This document shows positions 57,620-64,000 of a stretch of DNA of 64,000 bases, one piece after another; the first letter of the stretch is position 1, and the number at the start of each line of letters is the position of its first letter. Both the position numbers and the translations under genes were made by a program. The DNA is from an uncultured virus (IMG/VR IMGVR_UViG_3300008120_000147). Its lineage: Duplodnaviria > Heunggongvirae > Uroviricota > Caudoviricetes. The notes under the pieces were generated by a model that worked only from the letters and a program-made list of their open reading frames with translations, had not been told where the DNA came from and made no database searches. The stretch is from IMG/VR virus record IMGVR_UViG_3300008120_000147, positions 1 through 64,000 of that record. The stretch is one strand, 5' to 3'.

Positions 57620-58234
57620 TTATTTGATAGGACAACTTGTGGCTGTCCAGATATATTTATAGTCTCTTTTTATTTTAACTCCTAAACTTTCAGCGGTTGT
57701 TACAACATCCTCCAAACACTCACCATCAGCACCACCAACTATTACTACCTCTCTTCCTTTAAGATCGGTAAGTAATTCATAAAGTTTTTTAGGACAATGA
57801 AACCAAACGTGATTGTTGTTGATAAAAGTAATTATTGTACCTTCTTTTGTTGGAAATATATCACCTTTTTTTAAAGACTTATTTTCTTCCCTTTTGCTAA
57901 TGTCTTCATATACATTTTTATCTAATATTTTCTTGTAAAAATCAGCATCAACATCGTAATTATATCTTTTTTCAATTAATTCTTTTTGATTAGGAAAATG
58001 GTACAAATCTTTGTGTATTGGAATTTCAGGTTCATCTTCATATAAATAATCTTTATCTACGTTTTTACCATCAGGATGATTATCCCAAATTTGATAAACA
58101 TTATTAAAATTTTTACAATATTTTTTAAGTTCATTTAGATACATTTCAGAAAAAAACTTTCTGAATGATTTTTGAACATCAACTATTATTAGCGTATCTT
58201 CATTATAACTCTCAAAGGTTTTAAGAAATCTCAT
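57620..58234 (-). CDS. Isochorismatase/nicotinamidase-like cysteine hydrolase with CTS-like N-terminus
   Basis: LIIVDVQ, EK, VVIVGGADGEC; MRFLKTFESYNE; TAATATATA at 58239-58247. Confidence 0.7.
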   Translation of the reverse strand: MRFLKTFESYNEDTLIIVDVQKSFRKFFSEMYLNELKKYCKNFNNVYQIWDNHPDGKNVDKDYLYEDEPEIPIHKDLYHFPNQKELIEKRYNYDVDADFYKKILDKNVYEDISKREENKSLKKGDIFPTKEGTIITFINNNHVWFHCPKKLYELLTDLKGREVVIVGGADGECLEDVVTTAESLGVKIKRDYKYIWTATSCPIK

Positions 58235-58296
58235 AAACTATATATTAAATAAAAAACCCATCATTTCTGATGGGTTACTTAAATATTTTAATTAGA

Positions 58297-59014
58297 TTAA
58301 GCCGGTAGTTCTTCCTCACCCTCTTCCTCTTCTTGTGCTTGACCCTGTCCTTGTGCTTGACCCTGTCCTTGTGCTTGACCCTGTCCTTGTGCTTGACCCT
58401 GTCCTTGTGCTTGACCCTGTCCTTGTGCTTGAGGTTCTTCAAATTTGTCCTTGTGCTTGACCCTGTCCTTGTGCTTGAGGTTCTTCAAATTCACCTTCTT
58501 GAGCTTGAGCTTGACCTTGTGCTTGACCTTGTCCTTGTGCTTGACCTTGTGGCTGTGCTTGACCTTGTCCTTGTGCTTGACCTTGTCCTTGTGCTTGACC
58601 TTGTCCTTGTGCTTGACCTTGTGGTTGTGCTTGACTTTGTGGCTGTGCTTGACCTTGTGGCTGTGCTTGCATTTGAGCCTCACCTTCTACTTCAACTTGC
58701 GGTTGAGATTGAGATGATTGTCCCTGAGCTTGACCACCCATAAGAGCATTACCTGGAAGCTTTTCAACGTCCAAATTATTCATATTAATATATTTAACAA
58801 TTTCCTCGGCGATATCAACATCCCCAAAAAATTGGCGTAAATTCTTACCTGTTGTATCTTTTACTTTTTTAACATAAGCATTGATTAATGACTGAGGAAT
58901 GTCAATCATTGTCTTAACTTTATAGATATCGTTTACTTGTAAAACAGATTCTTTTATAATCTCTTCTCTGTTTTTTCTAATACGATAACTTTCAAATGTT
59001 CTAATGTGCTTCAT
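58297..59014 (-). CDS. CTS-bearing protein with (QAQGQG)n low-complexity tail, frameshifted by a 46-bp duplication
   Basis: MKHIRTFESYR; removing one copy of 58400-58445/58446-58491 gives a single 223-aa ORF; TAATATATA at 59039-59047. Confidence 0.7.
58332..58670. repeat. 18-bp tandem repeat (cttgtgcttgacc(c/t)tgtc) encoding QAQGQG/QAQPQG
   Basis: Directly visible. Confidence 0.9.
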
Positions 59015-59071
59015 TTTTTAGCTATATTTTTTATAAATTATATATTAAGTAAAAAAAATCATTTTTTTCAC

Positions 59072-59563
59072 TTATTTTAGAATAGATAATAATATCAATC
59101 CTATTATTCCAGCAACGCCTATACCATAACCAACATTCTTTTTCACCTTTAATCTTGTTATCTCACCTTCCAAAGTCGTGACTTTAGTATTTAATTCAAT
59201 TTTCTGATTCTCACACTCGACAGAGAGCCTATTTGCATTGTCTAATCTTTGTTGTAAATTTGAAATAAGTAAATCTTTATCAACTAATTGTTCTTTTAAC
59301 AACTTTACATCTAATTCAAGAAAAGAAATTGTCTTTTTTTGCTCATCTATAACTTTTATATAAGAATTACTAAGATTATCACAATCCACTATTGCCTTTT
59401 CTAAAAGTGATAATATTTCCATATTGTTGTCTAATTTTTGAGCCTGTTCTATAGTCATCACTACAACTTTATTACCACTCGAATCAACTTCAATTTTAGG
59501 GTAGGTTTGTGAAAAACAAAGTAAGCTAGTAAATAAAACTAATATAGTAAGAACGTGTTTCAT
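59072..59563 (-). CDS. Exported coiled-coil protein with C-terminal TM (spanin-like candidate)
   Basis: Signal peptide ending CFS|Q, coiled coil, C-terminal hydrophobic helix. Confidence 0.5.
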   Translation of the reverse strand: MKHVLTILVLFTSLLCFSQTYPKIEVDSSGNKVVVMTIEQAQKLDNNMEILSLLEKAIVDCDNLSNSYIKVIDEQKKTISFLELDVKLLKEQLVDKDLLISNLQQRLDNANRLSVECENQKIELNTKVTTLEGEITRLKVKKNVGYGIGVAGIIGLILLSILK

Positions 59564-59567
59564 ATAT

Positions 59568-59984
59568 TCAATTATTTTTTAATTTGTCTTTTAAAGAATT
59601 TATTAAGTCATCACCTTCTCTTTTTAAAGGATTATCTTTAAGTTTCTGTATTCTTTTTTTTGACTCTTCAAGTATTTTTTTATTATCAGATAATTGATTG
59701 TTTGCAATTATCAAATTATTTTTTGCCACTCTTAAATCTTTTTCAATATTTTTTATTTTTTCATCCCTATTAGAGATTATTTTCTGTATAGAAATATAAT
59801 CTTTTTCCAATTTTTTATTTACTATTTTCAAAGAGTCTCTAATCTTTTCTATTTCTTGAATCTTTCTATCAGATTCTTTAATTTTCTTCTTATAATCACT
59901 ACCTTGCATATACCACATTGTAGCAAAAATGATAGAACTAACAAGTAATGCTAAAGTTATTATTGAATTAACATTTAACTTCAT
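59568..59984 (-). CDS. N-terminally anchored coiled-coil protein (i-spanin-like candidate)
   Basis: N-terminal TM followed by a long coiled coil. Confidence 0.5.
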   Translation of the reverse strand: MKLNVNSIITLALLVSSIIFATMWYMQGSDYKKKIKESDRKIQEIEKIRDSLKIVNKKLEKDYISIQKIISNRDEKIKNIEKDLRVAKNNLIIANNQLSDNKKILEESKKRIQKLKDNPLKREGDDLINSLKDKLKNN

Positions 59985-60086
59985 AAACTTTAATTTTTTT
60001 GATTATATATAATTATAGTTACCTTCAATTTTGATTTAAAAAACAAAATTTGTATTTTTGTATCAAATTATTTTAATAAATAAGAA

Positions 60087-60668
60087 ATGTCTAAAACTTT
60101 ATACTCATTCGATTTTGACGATACTCTTTGTCATACTATGTTACCAGAAAATGGTGAAAAAATCTGGTTTGAAAAAACTGGAACAAAGTGGCCTTATAGA
60201 GGATGGTGGTCAAAACCAGAAACAGTAGACCCTGAAATATTTTTTACTCCAAAGAATGAATGGGTTTATTTAGAGTATTTAAAAGCCAAAAGAGATGAAG
60301 ACTCTACAATTATTATGGCAACTGGTAGATTACAAATAGTTCCTAATATGAGAGAAAATATCATAAAAATCTTAAACCAACATAATTTATCTTTTGATGA
60401 AGTTTGGATTATAAATTCCACAGACGAACAACAAAGTGGAAATGGAAAAGATGGAATTTATTTAAATTGGGGCGGTGATACATTTATGTTTAAAACTACA
60501 CTTTTTGAAAAACTAATATCTATTACTCAATGCGAACACTTTGTAATGTATGACGATAGACAAGAACACTTAGGTAGATTTGAAGAGTGGGCATCAACTC
60601 AAAATTGTAAAGTAACAATAGTAGACGTTGTAAATAAAAAATCAACAATTATAAACGAAAATATATAA
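60087..60668 (+). CDS. HAD-family phosphatase (RNA-repair-associated type)
   Basis: FDFDDTL, WWSKPET, ATGR, FK, YDDR..H. Confidence 0.8.
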   Translation: MSKTLYSFDFDDTLCHTMLPENGEKIWFEKTGTKWPYRGWWSKPETVDPEIFFTPKNEWVYLEYLKAKRDEDSTIIMATGRLQIVPNMRENIIKILNQHNLSFDEVWIINSTDEQQSGNGKDGIYLNWGGDTFMFKTTLFEKLISITQCEHFVMYDDRQEHLGRFEEWASTQNCKVTIVDVVNKKSTIINENI

Positions 60669-60669
60669 G

Positions 60670-60960
60670 ATGAATATGGCAACAATTACAAAAAAGAAAA
60701 CATCAACAAAAGTTGAAGAATTATTATCTAAACCATATCTTTTGGTTTTACACAATGATGATTATAACACATTCGACCACGTAATAAATTGTCTGATGAA
60801 ACACTGCGGTCATGAATTTGAACAAGCGAATCAGTGCGCACATATAGTTCATTTTAATGGTAAATGTGACGTCAAATATGGAGATTATGACACGATTTCA
60901 ACTATGAAAGATAAATTGAAAAATGCGGGTCTTTCGGTAACAATGGAGGCTAATTCATAA
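60670..60960 (+). CDS. clpS: Clp protease adaptor ClpS
   Basis: LVLHNDDYNTFDHVINCL...EQANQCAHIVHFNGKCDVKYG. Confidence 0.92.
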   Translation: MNMATITKKKTSTKVEELLSKPYLLVLHNDDYNTFDHVINCLMKHCGHEFEQANQCAHIVHFNGKCDVKYGDYDTISTMKDKLKNAGLSVTMEANS

Positions 60961-63099
60961 TTATTTTAATCCAAACCAATTTCCATTATTTCCAACACTT
61001 CCTTTAGAACGATTTAAAAATTGTCTTCTAACCTTAAGAACTTGACCATAGTCAACACCCTCGACATAGTCAACGTTCTTTAAACAATCATTAATATAGT
61101 TAGTCATTGATTTATCCATGTGCCTTGACATCCAGTCCTCACACATTTCCTTGAACTCATTTTTACCAAAAAAAGATGTTGTGTTTACAATAGTCATAAC
61201 TGTGTCATCATGACCGACATCGGCTGCATATTTTATATTACCAGCGTTTGTAGTATGTTTAACAAAAGTAGTAATTTCTCTAATTGTATCTTCATTATTA
61301 ATATAGAAAGATTTCGATGTCATCAAGTCTTGGTAATCTTTTACTAATAAATTTTTATTTTCTCCAACCTTTAATCCTATTTTTTCTTCGTTAGAGTCTG
61401 CTCTGTGTTTATATCTTACAAATACAGATGAGCCATAATTATTATTACCATCAAAAACTTGTGGCATCTCGGCTAATAATGTATTACCATAATTATTTAA
61501 TTCTAATACAACTTTACAATTTTCCGGATTCAAATATTCAAAAACTAGAAGGTATAATAACTCGGCTAATTGTTTTACAGAAACTAAATTACTTCTATAT
61601 ATTCCAACTTGTTCTAATCTAAAAAAATCAACTAAGGATTTATAAGAATTTTTTTGAGATTCTATTGTGTCTTTGGTTTTACTATTTAATTTAAAAATAT
61701 TAATAACTGAATAATCTTGTCCCAGACCCTCTGAGATATCGACCGAGATTACAAATCTATACTCCTTTCTTCTTAGTGGAATATAAACGTCATCGTCGTC
61801 TATCCAGATTAAATCTTTATAACTAAATTTTATCTTTCTTTCAAACTCAGACAATTCTTCCCATTCATAATTTCTTTTATTATTAGTAAGATCATTAATT
61901 ATAGCCTCATTTAATAATGATTTAGAAGCATTAATAAATCTAAGTCCATATTCCTGGTTAAAAGCATCCTCTCCACCAATATCCTTTATCGCCTCTTCTT
62001 TCCATGTAGTTATCTCAGCTAATGATAATAGAGGTATTTCATAATCTTTATCATTTTTCAACGTAAAAGTCTTAATTTCTTGATCTGAACAAGCATCATT
62101 ATTATAAATGGATATAACATCTTTTTGTAAGTCAGTATTCCAATACATCTCTACTTTGGTGAGATGACCCCATTTAGATTTAATAATATCAAAAACATCT
62201 TCTTTTTTCAAACCATTATCAAATAACTGATGATTATTTAATCTTACATAAGTTACAAATCTACCCGGCACTTGATACCAGTATACCCTCATTGGTTTAT
62301 AGTTGTTTTTTAATGGATCACCCTGAGGTCTCTCAGCATCTGTAAGTAATTTATGAAACAAATTCATACCATTTGGAGTTGATGTAATTATAATTTTAGA
62401 ATTTTGAACAGCGGCTGTTGTAGGAAATGCAGCGGTGTAATATGGCTCTATTATATTAGATGGTATATGGGCAAACTCATCTAAGTAAAGCACATCTATT
62501 GTAAAACCAATAGCAGGTGTTTTAGTTCTAGCAGATGTTTTGATTCGACAACCATTCTCAAATGTCAGCGATTTTTGATTCCAAGTTTTTATACCTGGTT
62601 TTAAAAAAAATGGTAGTAGTGAATAAATTGACTTTATCTTATCAACAATTTCAACAGCAGTATCACCTTTATTAGCAACTATCATTATGTTTTTATCGTT
62701 ATCAAATAAAATTTTATGCAACATGAAAATTGCAGAAGATATTGTTTTACCAACCTGCCTTGATGCCATTAATATATTAAATCTATTATTAATAAAATTA
62801 TCAAGTATCTCTTTTTGATAATCTCTTAAAAGTATATTACCTATACTACCATCTTCTCTTTTTACTTTACAATATTTCTCAACAAAATAATGCACATCTA
62901 ATGCACATCTAACATATTCCTGTTGCTCATCTGGTGTCATTCTGAAAGTCACACCTGATCTTCTTAATCCAACTTCACTTTTCAACCAAGGATTTTGATA
63001 TCGCTTTACAACAATACCATCATTTATTTTATCTGTTGCCTCATCTACTAATTTAGTAGTAAATATCATTTGTTTTTCTTGAGCTTCATTAAAAGCCAT
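60961..63099 (-). CDS. terL: Terminase large subunit (T4 gp17-like)
   Basis: LRDYQ, ASRQVGKT, YLDEFAH, TSTPNG, FNQEY, VDISEGLGQDYS, HDDTVM. Confidence 0.95.
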   Translation of the reverse strand: MAFNEAQEKQMIFTTKLVDEATDKINDGIVVKRYQNPWLKSEVGLRRSGVTFRMTPDEQQEYVRCALDVHYFVEKYCKVKREDGSIGNILLRDYQKEILDNFINNRFNILMASRQVGKTISSAIFMLHKILFDNDKNIMIVANKGDTAVEIVDKIKSIYSLLPFFLKPGIKTWNQKSLTFENGCRIKTSARTKTPAIGFTIDVLYLDEFAHIPSNIIEPYYTAAFPTTAAVQNSKIIITSTPNGMNLFHKLLTDAERPQGDPLKNNYKPMRVYWYQVPGRFVTYVRLNNHQLFDNGLKKEDVFDIIKSKWGHLTKVEMYWNTDLQKDVISIYNNDACSDQEIKTFTLKNDKDYEIPLLSLAEITTWKEEAIKDIGGEDAFNQEYGLRFINASKSLLNEAIINDLTNNKRNYEWEELSEFERKIKFSYKDLIWIDDDDVYIPLRRKEYRFVISVDISEGLGQDYSVINIFKLNSKTKDTIESQKNSYKSLVDFFRLEQVGIYRSNLVSVKQLAELLYLLVFEYLNPENCKVVLELNNYGNTLLAEMPQVFDGNNNYGSSVFVRYKHRADSNEEKIGLKVGENKNLLVKDYQDLMTSKSFYINNEDTIREITTFVKHTTNAGNIKYAADVGHDDTVMTIVNTTSFFGKNEFKEMCEDWMSRHMDKSMTNYINDCLKNVDYVEGVDYGQVLKVRRQFLNRSKGSVGNNGNWFGLK

Positions 63100-63143
63100 A
63101 CAGAGAAGTTATTTTTTATATATATTGCAAAAACCGAATCTCT

Positions 63144-63788
63144 ATGTCTAAATCAGAAAATGAAAGAAATAGAATTAAAGACGAATTTGACCAAATTCAA
63201 TCAGAAGGTGGTGATTTTGATATATCAAAGCATTTAGCATCACCGGATGATTTACCGGATCTAGGCGAAATTGAAATATATGACTACGATTCGGACTTAA
63301 CAGCCTCTTCACATCAGTCAATGGATGTATTAGAATCTCTTGTAGATTTGTATCTCAGTGATGTACCTCAACTAAAAGAACATCCTTACATAAAAAATAA
63401 AATGAAAGAAGACGCAACAGTCTACGCTGAGGCTATTTTTTTATCTAAAATGACGAGAAAAAACTTTTTAAATCAACTAAGACAAGTTGATAATGGTGAT
63501 AATTCAGCCAGAATGCATGAAGTTGTCAATCAAACCATAGGACAAATTAGAGAAAATTCTAAATTTTTATCAGGACAAAGAACCGAATTAGAAAAATTCT
63601 ATAAAACATTAAGAAAGGATTTAGGATTAAATGACATAGAAAATCCAGAAGTAATAAAATCACAAAATATTACCGAGGAGAACAACCCAGAAAACCAAAA
63701 TGGTGAGATTTTTGACAACAGAAAGTTAAACGATTTAATAAAATCAGCAATGATAGCAAAAGATCAAGATAACAAAAAGAAAGACTAA
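63144..63788 (+). CDS. Possible terminase small subunit
   Basis: Helical protein divergent from terL; SARMHEV resembles the gp16 PRxxEV motif; NRKLNDLI tail. Confidence 0.45.
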   Translation: MSKSENERNRIKDEFDQIQSEGGDFDISKHLASPDDLPDLGEIEIYDYDSDLTASSHQSMDVLESLVDLYLSDVPQLKEHPYIKNKMKEDATVYAEAIFLSKMTRKNFLNQLRQVDNGDNSARMHEVVNQTIGQIRENSKFLSGQRTELEKFYKTLRKDLGLNDIENPEVIKSQNITEENNPENQNGEIFDNRKLNDLIKSAMIAKDQDNKKKD

Positions 63789-64000
63789 TACCTGTATTTA
63801 AAACTCTCAAACGTTTTTACTATGTTTGAAAATTTTATTGGGACTTTTGTTTCTTGAATAGGATTTGCGAGATTGTGTGTGACTTGTTTTACAAAAATAA
63901 AATGTTCCTGTGATTTCAAATCACTTTTTATGACTGAAACTAAATCTTTATCTGTGTTTGAAATTAAAAAATCAAACATTTGAGCAGAATTTTTAGCCAA
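63785..64000 (-). CDS. 3' end of a gene extending beyond the window
   Basis: Open frame to the window edge; ends IVKTFESFKYRY. Confidence 0.55.
   Translation of the reverse strand: MAKNSAQMFDFLISNTDKDLVSVIKSDLKSQEHFIFVKQVTHNLANPIQETKVPIKFSNIVKTFESFKYRY

Noticed and set aside
58332..58743. Plus-strand ORFs 58333-58743 and 58445-58717 (CLTLSL repeats) and the KVKHKD frame
   Set aside because: Shadow frames of the 18-bp coding repeat
256..61622. Numerous 60-130 aa antisense or alternate-frame ORFs in the track (e.g. 256-483, 15696-16055, 42648-43010)
   Set aside because: Nested in well-supported genes, often non-ATG starts, no motifs or promoters
1..64000. Eukaryotic giant virus or bacterial chromosome origin (SET, GSII, RFC-like and GT genes)
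   Set aside because: T4-type portal, MCP, protease, terminase, gp55 and intrinsic terminators indicate a tailed phage

Overview
Very AT-rich, gene-dense 64 kb segment of a large T4-like (jumbo-type) myophage genome in the standard genetic code. It carries dispersed head, packaging and tail genes: major capsid protein, a protease-scaffold fusion, portal, gp2/gp4-like proteins, terminase, gp15, gp25, a tape-measure-like protein and a 1947-aa baseplate-like protein. It also has a gp55-like late sigma factor, a clamp loader, a glycosylation cluster and auxiliary genes (GSII, RNase R, ClpS, Dam, NUDIX x2, NADAR, SET, NFACT-R). TAnnTTTG promoters, the ClpS type, a Gln+1 signal peptide and A-rich leaders without obvious SD point to a Bacteroidota host (inference). 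Main discoveries: (1) about 18 unrelated proteins share an N-terminal peptide resembling the T4 capsid-targeting sequence and mostly follow a TAATATATA late promoter, suggesting a large packaged and injected enzyme cargo; (2) a tmRNA lacks its 5' part but has its own promoter, an atypical T-arm and a non-AA tag; (3) two non-structural capsid-protein mimics carry a shared R(D/E)xx(L/I)xx(L/I)(L/F)-type peptide; (4) three promoter classes can be read from the DNA. Several frameshifts may be assembly errors. All calls come from motif recognition by eye; no database searches were run.
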